The position numbers and the translations under genes are program-made. A DNA stretch of 64,000 nt. It comes from Eledone cirrhosa (taxonomy: Eukaryota). The DNA lies in contig OZ024740.1 in NCBI GenBank assembly GCA_964016885.1, forward strand, positions 249,426,001 to 249,490,000, written 5' to 3'. Positions 12,663-25,269 of this stretch are shown here, one piece after another. The notes under the pieces are model-generated. The model made no database searches. It was not told where the DNA came from and saw only the letters and a list, made by a program, of their open reading frames with translations. Position 1 is the first letter of the stretch, and every line of letters begins with the position of its first letter.

Positions 12663-15600
12663 ATATATACACAAGGTGGTATCAAAAAGTTTCCAGAATA
12701 GTTCTGTAGCATGCCAACAGATAGCAACACATGGCTGTTCATGCAAAGAGAGATAGCAGTGATGTTCATGCACCAGTATACCAAGTGACATTACTGTGTT
12801 CACTTCGCAAGTTGTGAAATTTGTGTTTTTGTGAACACATGTATGCTGTAGCCTGAGATTTTGTCATGAAAAGGAAGCTGGAACAAAGAGCCAACGAGTT
12901 ATTTTGCATTCAACTTAGGAAGTCTGCTACAGAGACATTGAGCATGCTTTGACAAGCTTATGGTAATGAGGCAATGGGTTGTATACAATGTTTCAAGTGG
13001 CACGGGTGCTTTAAAAGTGGAAGAACATCCCTGGAAGATGACGAGCGATCTGGAAGACTTGCCATGAGCGTCACTCCCGGAAATGTGGAGAAAATTAATC
13101 AGCTTGTGTATGAGGATCGTCAGAGGTCAATCAACAATATTGCTGATGTTGTTGGTCTGTCGTATGGGTCAGGCCACTTTCGAGTGCTACTGGTAACATG
13201 TAACCCAGTACAACCTGTCGCATAGTCGGGTCATCGGCGACTAAACCGGCAACCCCATCAAGTTTACTTGGTGAGGAGGGTGATTTTAGACATCCTGCAG
13301 GACAAAAACAAAACCTGACAAAGGGCAGAAGAACTCATAAGAGTCAACGGCCATCCAAAAATTGTGTAAATATGTATATAGTATATATATATATATTTGG
13401 TAGCCTTGGTTGGCAGTCTAGGAGAGGACCACTCTGATTTCAAAGCCGGGGCGGACAGAGCTCTTTGGCCTTGATAGGCAATCTGTCAAACCAATCCTTA
13501 ATGGGTTAAATGACGACATTGGTAAGCAGGATGTCGTATCAGTAGATAAGGCAATGATCAAGTAACTGTGAATTTGGTTCATACTACTAGTGGCAAGGCG
13601 ATCATATCAACTATTGTTGGATGTTTCGGTGAGGCACAACCACTCTAATACAGAGTACTGCTTTCACTTGTATGGAGTAGCGACCGCAAGTGTATATCCA
13701 GCTATTGAAAGCTAAATATGACACAAATCCTTCGATGTTCATCCCGCAGCGCTCGTCGCTCGGTTAAACAAGGAGCGCATCCTGCAACAGCTTCCCAGAT
13801 TGCGGTCGAAAAATCAGATACTAGGAAACATACACGGAGAAAACAACCAACCTGACTTGTACAGGGAAAGAAAGACATCTTTGCTGGTACACTCAATGTT
13901 CAAACACTCCAGAAAGACCATAAAATCCCTGAACTGATTGCTTCAGCAGGGGCGACCAACCATGATGTTATCTGTCTTCAGGAGCACCGGTTCATACATG
14001 AAGAGCTTGTAACAAAGGAGCAAATATTTGGCAATTGGAGGCTGATAACCTGCTCAGCTTGGAAAAACAACATGAATGCAGCAAATGGTGGAGTTGGAAT
14101 GCTTTTCAGCCCGCGAGCCTATGATGCACTTGCGAGTGTTGAAATGATAACATCATGGATAATGATAGCTACGTTTAACGGGAATCCTAAAACCACTGTA
14201 ATCTCTTGCTATAGTCCAACAAATGTATGTGACATGGCCGAAGTAGAGAGGTTTTACATGGAACTAACATCACTCACTAGACAAATCCCGAAACATAATG
14301 TTCTCATCATTGGCGGAGACTTCAACGCGTGTCTTGGACAGCTTGATGGATTCAAATTCTCATACCACTCACAAACCAATAGAAACGGTTGTATGCTAAA
14401 AGATTACTTGTGTGAGAACAATTTACGATGTCTCAACGCCATATTCCAAAAAAGACCAGGCCAGCGGTGGACACACAAATCTCCAAATGGCGACAAGACA
14501 TAATCAATCGAAAATGGAAGAACAGCGCAAAAAACTGCAGAGCATATGACTCATTTGTTAGTGTTGACTCGGATCATCACATTGTTATACGATTAAGTCT
14601 CCGAGTGACGAAATCTGCAAATGCTACTCCTTACAACTGGGCAGTTCTGAATACCAATCCTGAGACTTGCAAAACCAACTGAGCAACCGATTTGCTGCCC
14701 TACAAGACTCTGCGCCAACAAAATCGTCAAATACTACATTTAACCACTTTCAAATGGCATTCAAAGAGGCAGCTGCCGGCACCATCCCTTTAAAACCCAG
14801 GGTTAAAAAACGAAAACCCTGGGAATCAGAGGATACGCCAAAAGCGCAAAGAGTTGCGAAAAGCTGCAGAATTGAAAGACACTCAACGATCTCCAGAAAA
14901 CATTAGTAACTTCAATGCTGCTTGTACAGCACTTAAAAGTGAGTATGAAATTGAACAAGCCGAATACATGCAGAGAAAGATCAATCATATCTCGAGTACT
15001 GTCAGCAATAAGAAGTCTGCTGAAGCCTGGAAAACTGTCAATGAAATTAGTGGCAGAAAAAGTAGTGACAGAGCCAAACTGAAAGCCTCCAGCCAAGACG
15101 AACGTTTAAAACTGTGGCAACAACATTTTCAGAACCTACTTGGCAAAGCACCACAGATCATCGAAGAAGAAATAATACCCGTTTTTACAGAGGAACACCA
15201 AATACAGAAAGATCCTTTCATTATGGAGGAACTACAGAAAGCAGTGAAAAGTATTGGTAACGGAAAAGCTTGCGGACTCGACGAGATCCCAGTTGAAGTG
15301 TGGAAGGTACTTGAATTTCACCCAATCCTACTAGAGTTGTGTAATGGTGTCTATAATCAAGACCCCATAGACAAATGGACTGAGGGATGTATACTCCCTT
15401 TTCCTAAAAAGGGCGATCTTGGAATGGCTAAAAATTACCATGGCATAACTCTAATGGCAATTGCCGCAAAGATATACAATCTCATGCTGTTTGACAGAAT
15501 AAGACCTGTCATTGACTCCTTGCTGAGAAAAACCAAAATGGCTTCCGCACCAACAGATCAACATCAGGGCAAATACTTACTATTTGGCGTATCTTGGAAG

Positions 15601-15738
15601 GTGTAAAAGCCAAAAACCTCCCAGCAACTCTCCTGTTTATTGACTTTTCAAAATCATTCGATTCCATCCATCGTGCGAGGATGAAAGAGATACTTCTAGC
15701 CTACGTCTTGCCAAAGGAAACAGTAAATGCCATCATGA

Positions 15739-16902
15739 TCTACTTATATATATAACCAGCAATTTCTCTGTCTGTCTGTCCGACAGTGGAAACACGTGCG
15801 TAGAGAGAGAGTGAGAGTGAAAGAAAGAGACAGACTACGAGAGGGGGATAGCGGGAGGGAGAGAGGGAGAGAGAGAGAGAGAGTGAATAGATGCTAAAAC
15901 ACGTGCTATAGAAACATTACCTTCCCCTCTCCACTGACTTTGGTCACTGAGGCCGAGGGAATCGCTGGTTGCTATAGAGACACCTTGCACAAGCCAGAAG
16001 TAACCAGTTTGAGGCGGTTCTGACTTGACACCATGCGAAGAAGGTTGCCATTGAATTTGTGGTTGTTGCTGCTGATAATAAAGACCATTTGAAGAAGGTT
16101 GCCATTGAATTTGTGGTTTGAAGAAGGTTGCCATTGAATTTGTGGCTGTTGCTGCTGATAATAAGGACCATTTGAAGAAGGTTGCCATTGAATTTGTGGT
16201 TTGAAGAAGGTTGCCATTGAATTTGTGGTTGTTGCTGCTGATAATAAGGACCATTTGAAGAAGGTTGCCATTGAATTTGTGGTTTGAAGAAGGTTGCCAT
16301 TGAATTTGTGGTTGTTGCTGCTGATAATAAGGACCATTTGAAGAAGGTTGCTGCTGATGAGGTAATTTATTAATCAGATTGCGCAGTTCCATAACCTACG
16401 TTTGATTTGTTCAATTTTTTTCTTCAATTTTTTTTTGTTGTTTTTTTTTATTTCTTATTGAAAAAATATAAATAATAAAATAAGGTTAGAAATTTAAATA
16501 CAATTAAATACGATTTAATTTCCATTTCCAGCAGCCAATGTCCAGTGTTCAATTTCATGAAAAAATTGGAAATAATTCAAAAAATTGAAGTTTAACTTTT
16601 GAACATTTGTTTTGACAATAAAAAAATATTTCCTTATTCACACCTAATGGTATGATTAAAATTTCATAGGAATATTTTTTTCTAACCGCCAGTTATTTAT
16701 TTTCTCCTTTTTCATTTTAACATATATTTATTTCAAAGATTTCACCATATAGATAACATATATATTTATACATGCATAAAAGACACACCGAGAGACGGTG
16801 AACATGTGGTGCCGAAAACATTTCTCATCCAAATCTCAACAATATCAGTATATACACTAGATTTGCTAGCAGAAAACCGCCCACCGGGTGGTTTTCTGCT
16901 AG
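15739..16902 (+). mobile_element. Non-autonomous Helitron, family HelB
   Basis: Starts A|TCTACTTATATATATAA and ends with hairpin + CTGCTAG; no TSD. Confidence 0.88.
16037..16360. repeat. Minisatellite with alternating 54-bp and 29-bp units (83-bp period) inside HelB
   Basis: GAAGAAGGTTGCCATTGAATTTGTGGTT(GTTGCTGCTGATAATAAGGACCATTT or T), about 4 periods, nearly perfect. Confidence 0.95.
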
Positions 16903-17780
16903 TCTATATATATAAAACTGAGGATGTCTGTCTGTGTGTGTGTGAGTTTGAATCCCTAAAACTCGAGAACCACCCAACCGACTGTTTTCAAACTTTACAC
17001 ATGTAATACTTATGTTTCAGGGAGTGTTTTGAGCAAAACCATTTTCAAATTTTCTACGCCCCAGGGACCACATTAGGCGATTTAGCGATCTCGCTCTATA
17101 ATTCTTAGTCTTTCTCTTTTTAGATAGATACATACTTATAACGTCGCGCCCTTATAATATCTGTCTGTATGTCTGACTGTCTGTATTACGTCACTTCCTT
17201 GAGGATGTCTGTGTGTGTGTGTGTGTGAATCCCTAAAACTCGAGAAGTACCCATCCGATTTTTTTCAAACTTTACATGTGTATTACTTATTCAACTTTTT
17301 GTATCTCCTAGGGCCTGCATTAGGTGAAAAACTGCGTTGTTTAACATTTTTAGGGGTTTTTTGAGGCGTTACGTCAGACCGATTTCCTTGAAATTGTAAC
17401 TATGTATTAGTCAGTCTCTTCAAGTAAAGAAAAGCAAAGAAAATCCAACTTTCTTATGGCCTAGGGCCCGCATTAGGTGAAAAACTTCATTTTTTCAGCT
17501 TCCTAGGGCTTTTTGAGGCGTTACGTCTAGCCGATTTTCCCGAAATTTCAAGGCATATTATGTGATATAAAAAAATTCATTTTCTTGATCCCCTAGGGCC
17601 TGCATTAGCTGAAAACCTGCATTTTTCCTGCTTCATTGAGGAAAATCTTAAAGATTATCCAGCCATCAGAGTATTCAGTTTATTTTCTTTACATATTGTC
17701 GAGGCATGCAGTTTTTAGTTCTATTGGCGGCCCGCATTCCAAAATACCTTATCCCGTGCAACGCCGGGTACCACTGCTAG
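16903..17780 (+). mobile_element. Non-autonomous Helitron, family HelA
   Basis: Starts TCTATATATATAAAACTG and ends CCCGTGCAACGCCGGG-TACCACTGCTAG|T. Removing 15739-17780 restores the LINE frame (ATG A|TG TTA TAT AAA = MMLYK). Confidence 0.92.
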
Positions 17781-19949
17781 TGTTATATAAAAACACCCGC
17801 GCAATGGTGCGCTCACCTGATGGAGATACCAACTTCTTTGACATCATTGCAGGAGTACTCCAAGGGGATATTCTTGCACCATATATTTTTATCATCTGCC
17901 TCGACTATGTATTGAGAAAAGCCCTGGACGAAAACTTAGAGCTTGGTTTCACTCTCACAAAGCGAAAATGTAGACGCCATGCAGCTCAGAAAATCATCGA
18001 TGCTGACTATGCAGATGATTTAGCGGTCCTTGCTGACTACCTTAACGATGCAACATCACTACTTCACAGCATCGAATCAGTTGCAAAGGAAATTGGACTC
18101 TATGTCAACACAGGCAAAACAGGATATATTTGCCTGAACCAAGACCCCTCAGTTGGTATGCGAAGTCTAAACAGTTGACGACTTCAAATACTTGGGTAGC
18201 TATATCGCCTCCTCAGAACATGATGTTAACATCAGACTGGGAAAAGCCTGGGGAGCATTGAATGCAATGGAAAAAATATGGAAATCAAACCTGCCGGCCA
18301 AACTGAAAAGGAATTTCTTCAGAGCTACTGTGGAATCTGTGCTTGTTTATGGCTCTATCACTTGGACGCTAACGTCGAAACTGGAGAAAAAGCTAGACGG
18401 GGCATACACATGTATGCTCCATGCTGCTTTAAACGTGTCTTGGAGGGAACACCCAACAAATAAGGATCTCTATGGCAATATACCGCCTATCAGCAAGTCA
18501 ATATGTAAACAGAGACTCAGATTTGCTGGCTACTGTTGGCGCAGCAAGGAAGAAATAGCAGGCGATTTATTGTTATGGAGTCCATCTCATGGAGCAAGAA
18601 ACGCTGGTCGTCCCAAGAAGACATACGTCAAGCAGCTTGAGGACGATACTGGATGCACTGCGGAAGAACTGGCAAACGCTATGAGAGACAGAGATGGATG
18701 GAGGAAACGTGTTGTAGAAGGCCAAGCAAGCTCGACTTGATGATGATGATGTATGGGTCCATGCAGCAAACCTAACAATCTATTTCCAGCATGTTGCTGC
18801 GAAGTTTGTGTCTCGCCTGATGACCACTGAGCAGAAAGAACAATGCGTTGAAGTCTTTCAAGATCTGTCAGCATGCTGCTGATGACCCATCCTTCATGTT
18901 GAGGATTATCTCTGGTGATAAAAGTTGGATCTACAGGTACAACCCTCAGATTAAGCAGTAGTTGACACAGTGGAAAAGCCCTTCATCTCCATGACCAAAG
19001 AAGGCATGACAGAACCGAAGCTCAATCAAGAGCATGCTCATCATTTTTTTCCACATCTGCAGTATTGTGCATTGAGAATTCACCCCCAGGGCCAGACCAT
19101 CAATTGAGAGTTCTACTGCAATGTTTTGAGGTGTTTGAGGGAGGATGCTTGGCAAAAGCAACCGGATCTGTGGAGTGTGAAGAATTGGATTCTTCACAAC
19201 GACAATGCACCCTGTCATTGAGTTTTCCTCACTCATGAGTTTCTCACCAAAAACAACATTGCATCACTTCAACACCCATCCTATTCACCAGATTTAGCAC
19301 CTGTGGACTTCCATCTCTTCTCCAAGCTGAAAATGTAGTTCAAAGGTCACCATTTTAATACCATTGTTGAGATCCAGAGCAAATTGCAGAAGGTCCTTGA
19401 CTCACTTACAGAAAATGACTTCCAGGCCAGATTCCAAAAGTGGCAGGAATGCTGGGAATGGTGTATTGCTGCGCAAGGTTACTATTTTGAAGGAGATGAT
19501 GTTAAAACTAAGATAAATATATATATATTTTTTTTAAACATAACTAATCTGGGAACTTTTTGATACCACCTCATATATATATATACATAGAAAAATGAGA
19601 AAACTCAATGCTAGAATAACTGTTAAAACAGCCAAATGCCGTCAAAGACAATGAAAAGCAAAAATGCCCCAGGACAGAGACCAGCAGCCAGCGGTCAGCA
19701 GAGAGTCAATCCATGAAGTCAGTGGCAGGCAGATGAAACATGGAAAAAATTGAGAGATGAACAGAGCAAGGTAAAGTGTATCGGTGCACAGAAATTACTG
19801 GAAGAAGGAAATAAAGAAAGGCGATGTATAAGACAAGTTTACACACACACATCTTCTCTCTCATCAGCTCACAAACAAGCAAAATATATATATGTGTGTG
19901 TGTATATATATATATAATATTAGATATATAATAATATATTATATATATT

Positions 19950-20430
19950 GACCTTGCACCTCTCTAAGACAATGACACAGGATCGAGATCTTTGGCACCA
20001 TGAAGTAATACAGAAGATGCGCCTTTCCTTGCACACGGACTTAAACTTACTCTCATTAGGAACCTCTTAATCCAATATACACCCCACACCCCCTACACCA
20101 ACCCACTGACTTCTGCCCGCACCACCCTTACTGTGTAAAGTTATGTTGGTACCACAAAACATCCAGCCCACATAGTAAAGTTGTTGTGTAGGTGTCACAA
20201 CAAAAAGTACCCAGCCCACAGTATAAAGTGATCATGTTGGAGACATGGCAAAAAGCATCCAGCACACACTGTAAATGTGGTTGGCGTTAGGAAGGGCATC
20301 CAACTGTAGAAAACCAGCCAGAAACAGTCCTATATGAGCGAGACACGGTCACCCGATCCAACTTGCTTGAAAAGGGACAAACCCATGATAGCGTGGAAAA
20401 TAGATGTTAAACAATGATGATGATGATGAT
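19950..20430 (+). mobile_element. RTE family B 3' end/3'UTR fragment
   Basis: DRDLWH ORF end, CCCAGCCCACA tandem units, TTAGGAAGGGCATCC, (GAT)n tail. Confidence 0.75.
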
Positions 20431-21354
20431 AATATATATATATACATATATATAAATATATGAAGGTAGATAAGGTTTTGTTTATGTATATCAGGAATAA
20501 ATGCTTAAACAAGAAAATTGCTTACCAGAGAGTTTGACTCGACAGTTTTCTTTGAATCGTATAGCATAAATATCCAAGCAGGGCAATATGGTATATAGGT
20601 CCAGAAGAGATCACGGAGTATATTAATATAAGGAAGTATTGCACCATGAAAAATATAAACATTGGCGTGAAAGGAGAGTTGGAATTTATTTGCTTTAACA
20701 TATGTTTCTGTGTCTGTTATAATTGTCTACATATGCTGACTACAATATATATTGTTCAATCATATGCAATACTTAATTATTTATCACACTTCATCAGAAA
20801 GCCTATAATTGTGGAAGTGACAGTTCACTACGCGGTCAAAATGACAATAAAATAGATTAAAATACAGTGTGCTGTGATGTAGAACAATTATTCTTTGACC
20901 ATTGGTATGGGTAAACGTTTTGATGTTTGTCATATATGATTGAGAGGGTTGAGAAGGTATAAAGAGGACAGAAAAGGAGAGGGTACAAATTAAGAGTAGG
21001 GTAAAGTGGGTAAGGAGGAAAGGAGTTAAGAAAATGAGATTGTTTTGAACATTACTGAATTCTTTGGGTAGGTGTGAAAAGTTCAAATGCCACAGTAAAT
21101 GTACTGAATGGGATGTAGTAAAACCTAGGTATTAGGGATTGAATCTTGTTCTAGTCCAGCTTGTATTTAGCGAAGGTTTTTAGAACCTTGTGTTTTCAAT
21201 TAAATATCCTATCATGTTGGGGATTTAGAAGGTCCTTTCCAGCCACTATTTTAATTACCTCTTCCCTTTCACAGGGTGTGTTCGAGGAGTCTACCCACAC
21301 GATCCACTCAGGAATAAGTGGGCGAAGAAAAGAAGACAATACTTCCATAATATA

Positions 21355-22442
21355 CAAAAGGGTGCTGAAAAGTTCCTGGCTTTAGGTAAAAGAAAATTCA
21401 GGAAGATCAGTTAATTATGATTTTACTTAACAAATTCCCTTTTCAGATTCACACACTTATTGCAGTGGTCCTTCAATTTTTCTAAGCCCTATAAAAAGAA
21501 TTTGGAAAGTTAGGCCTCCAACCAGGCCCCTGTAGCAGCGATCACTTCCAAATCAGAGTGAAATTTCATTCCCTTGAGATGTTTCTTCAGTTGTGGAAAG
21601 AGGTGATAGTCAAATGGGGCCAAGTCAGGAGAGTAAGGTGGGTGGTTTACCAAATCGAAGCCAAGGTGGTTAATTTTCCGTAGAGTTTCTGCTTCAAAGC
21701 TTCACACAGTTCATCTAACAGAGACATGTAGTATTCTACATTGATGGTGCAACCCTCTGGCAGGTATTTTATGAAGAGTCCTCCGTCTTTGTCCCAGAAT
21801 ACTTCTTGGTATGCAGGGAACTGCTAGTGGCGCCACTCCATTGATTGCTTCTTGGTCTGGGGATCATAATGATGAAGCCAAGTTTCATCCATGGTGACAT
21901 TGCAAACCGGTCCAAAATTGCCTGATGCGGTTCTGAAACTGCGTTCAGGCATTTCAGCACTCATTTTGCAAAAAGCTTTCTCATGTCCAGAATGTTGTGG
22001 ATGATGTGGCCAACTCTTTTGTTGGAAATTCCCAGTCTCAGACTTGACTTTAACAGAAATCCGGTGGTCCTCGAAAATCATGATGTGCACAGCATTGGCT
22101 TTGTCCTCTGTGGTTGTGGAAGCTGGCTGTCATGACTGGGGTTCATCCGAAACCATGACACCCAGATTTTCACTGTGGAGTAAAATGGGCAGTCATCCTT
22201 CAAAACTTCTTTCAGCTCGCCATGGATTTCCACTGCTCCTTTGCCTTGCAAAAGAGTAACTTCATGACCACCTGGGCTTAAATTTTACCAAAATCCACTG
22301 TAGGAGCTGTCATCATGCATTAAGTCTGCATAAAAGAGAAAGATATATTGTATACCATCATGATTTTTTTTGCATAAATAGTAGTCCTACCTCACCTCTT
22401 TTGTGATACCCTTAAAGCTAGGAACTTTTCACCATCCCCTCG
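21355..22442 (-). mobile_element. Decayed mariner transposon
   Basis: TA-flanked TIRs (GGTGCTGAAAAGTTCCTGGCTTTA and TAAAGCTAGGAACTTTTCACC); TMDETWLHHYDPQTKKQSMEWRH. Confidence 0.88.
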
Positions 22443-24026
22443 TAGGATATGACTGTAATGGGATCAATATGATTGATCAAAATCTCTTGAATCTACCAAA
22501 TTTCACTCACAAGGCCTGAGTCAACTCAAGGCTATGGTAAAGATATTTGCCCAACATTCCGAACAGTGGATTGAATCTGGAACCTCAAGATTATGAAGCA
22601 AACTTATTAACCACTCAGCTATGCCTTTGTCCACATTAAGTATGTTAACATTGATGTAAGTACTGCTTATATATATGTGATAAAGTAACAAATATACACA
22701 TACACATTTTAAGCAATATACCAGCAGAATCATTGGAACCTTGTTGAATTTGTTCCACATTTCTGTACTCTGAGGCCAACTTTGTCTTTCATCCATTTTG
22801 GAGTCAATAAACAAAGTACTGGGGTTGATTCTTTGCTCCCTAGAAGAAATTTGCATATATGGACAGCTGCTGGTCTTGCCCAGGAACTCTTTACATACAG
22901 ACCATGGTCTTACAAGATATATAGAGGCCAGAAGGCATCAACCTGCAATCCTTCTTAACTTACACTTATAAGTAACAACATAAATATTCCAGCTGAATAT
23001 CAATTGCATCAAGTCCATCAATCTGTAAGATTCTGAAAACATCATTGGCATCACTTTTCCTTCTCAACTATGAATGAGTTTAACATAACATAGTGCCCTA
23101 TTTTTTTTTTTTTAACTTTTTAGTCATGGAGAGAAGAGCAGAACCCAAGCCCCTTTTCAGGGCCTCCAAGACTGAGGGAAGAAGGTATCCTCAAACCAAG
23201 TGGAACAAATGCTAAAAGGTATCTTGTCCAGTGCTCTAAAAATTCTGCCCATCCATCACTCTGGACAGGTACTTTATTTTATTGACTCAGAAAGGAAGAA
23301 AAGTATAGTAGACCTCAGCAGGATTTGAACTCAGAGCCAGAACAAATACCAGACGGCATTTTGTCTTTTACAGTAATGGCTCTGCCAATTCACTACCTGT
23401 AGATGGGGTGAGTCATTAAATTTCAGATCATGGGCATAGTGCAGAACCAGTAGTTGGAATAACCATTGTTGCCTCTTCAGTCAAGTCCTACACTGTTAAG
23501 TTCATCTATTGTCACTGGCTTTGCTTCTTTTTTTTCTTACCTGGGTTTGATACAATTTTGTTTGAGGCAGAATGCTCTCTTGCTGCCAAACTATACTTAA
23601 TTCTTTTAAGTATGGTATATGCCAGTGATCTTTATCAAATGTCACTGCTTGTTTTAAATGATGTTGATATGAAGACACACACATACAAATATATATTTAT
23701 ATATGACATGCTTCAAAGCAGTTTCCATCTACTAAATTTCATTCATAAAGCATTTATCAACCTGAGGCTATAACAAAAGACACTTGTCCAAAGCGTCAGG
23801 CGGTGGGATAGAACAAGTAACTATATGGTTGCAAAGCGAACTTCTTAAGCACTTTGTGTTATAAACCAAGAGGTAAAAACAAAAACAAAAAAAATATATA
23901 TATAGTTCTGTAATGTGTTCATAGCCATTTATTCAAGGACATTTAGATATATAAGGTTCTTATAGGGTAGAAATCACAAAAATAAAATCACTTTTCTCTG
24001 CGTTAGATACAAATCAATCAATCAAT

Positions 24027-24077
<51 letters not shown>

Positions 24078-25269
24078 TATATACACATATAAATATTATA
24101 TGTTTAAAACAGCAGTTGAACACTTGGAAGTGACAGTACAATAATAGTGGAGCTGACAGAATTGTATCTATGATTATATATATTTGTATGTCTATGTGTA
24201 TGTGTGATTCAGCAACCATATAAGAGTCATGATACTGCTGTATCGTGACCATAATAAACTGGATAATGTTGAATTGTGTGTTCATAGAACTAAGTAACTA
24301 GAATTTAGAGTTAGTAAAATATGACAGCCAACAGTGGTATATCTGTGGAAACCTGCTCAACAAAGTTGAATGACATCCAAGTACCAAAAGAATGGCATTG
24401 CATTTACAATGGTTGCAGGGGAGGGAGAGGGAGAAATTTCAATGCCTATGGAGCCAAGCCAGAGAATCTACCTCCTTCCTCAGTCGACAACGTACTTCAG
24501 AACATGAACACGAGTGGTTGAACTTTTTAATAGACAAAGAAAGATTTCTTCTGGGAGGTGAAAAAACAAAACAAAACAAATAGGGTTGGTGATGTTGGAA
24601 TGATGAGATACCAGTAATGAAAGTGAGAATGTTGTTAGTTTGTGAGGAGATAGTGTGTTCTGAGGCAGAAGGCATTCCACTCGTAGTTGTGTTATGGTAG
24701 AGTTCATTTGAATGGACAGGAAACTAGATAACAGTATTGTGTGTGACTGAGAGAGATTTACTGTTATAATTAAATATAAAGTCTTACAGTAGGAATTATA
24801 AGATCCACACCTTTCTCTTTTTAGTAATTCATATTTCAGACTCAATAACATTATGATATATAATGCGATGCTCTTCTCTTTTTTTTTTTTAACAATTAAT
24901 CTAGAGTGTTTATTTACTATATAGTGAAAAAGGGTTAACAATACTTTTAGTTAAATAAAACTGGATTATGAGCTCATTTTGAAGAGAAATCCATGTCAAA
25001 CTATAGAGAGCCTGCCACATATGATTCAGCATTTCAGGAAGAGAGAAGAGAATATGAAAAATTCCCCATCCTACTCTATCTATATTTAAAAAAAATTTAA
25101 ATGATCAAATTTTTTAAGTGACAGGATTTAGATCAGCAAAGTATTCTCTTCACCTCAATGATAGCATAAATAACGGACTTCTTATTACGATCTAAAATTG
25201 GATTCCAGCTTAACACCAAAGTGTCTGACGAAGAGATGTAGGGAGATTGTTGAGTCAAAGTTAGCTGAT

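Larger units (their letters stand above)
13171..18750 (+). mobile_element. Full-length RTE-clade LINE (family A; APE + RT), about 3.5 kb without nested Helitrons
   Basis: 9-bp TSD GTATGGGTC at 13162-13170 and 18751-18759; (TGA)n tail; APE motifs TLNV, CLQEH, GDFNA, SDH; RT motifs PKKGDL..NYHGITL, FIDFSKSFDSI, GVLQGDILAP, YADD, FKYLGS. Confidence 0.95.
12672..19573 (+). mobile_element. Mariner transposon (about 1.3 kb when inserts are removed), split by an RTE LINE
   Basis: TIRs CAAGGTGGTATCAAAAAGTTTCCAGA and TCTGGGAACTTTTTGATACCACCTCA. Transposase relics: KSGRTSLEDDERSGR before the insert; GDKSWIY, HNDNAPCH, YSPDLAPVD after it. Confidence 0.92.

Noticed and set aside
16037-16360. CRISPR-like array
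   Set aside because: The intervening sequences are identical rather than unique spacers, the context is eukaryotic, and there are no cas genes
15835-16392. 185-aa Q-rich ORF as a host gene
   Set aside because: It lies wholly inside a Helitron minisatellite and (GA)n tract; openness is explained by a stop-free repeat
17636-18178. ORF 17636-18178 as a novel fusion protein
   Set aside because: Chance read-through from the Helitron 3' end into the interrupted LINE RT
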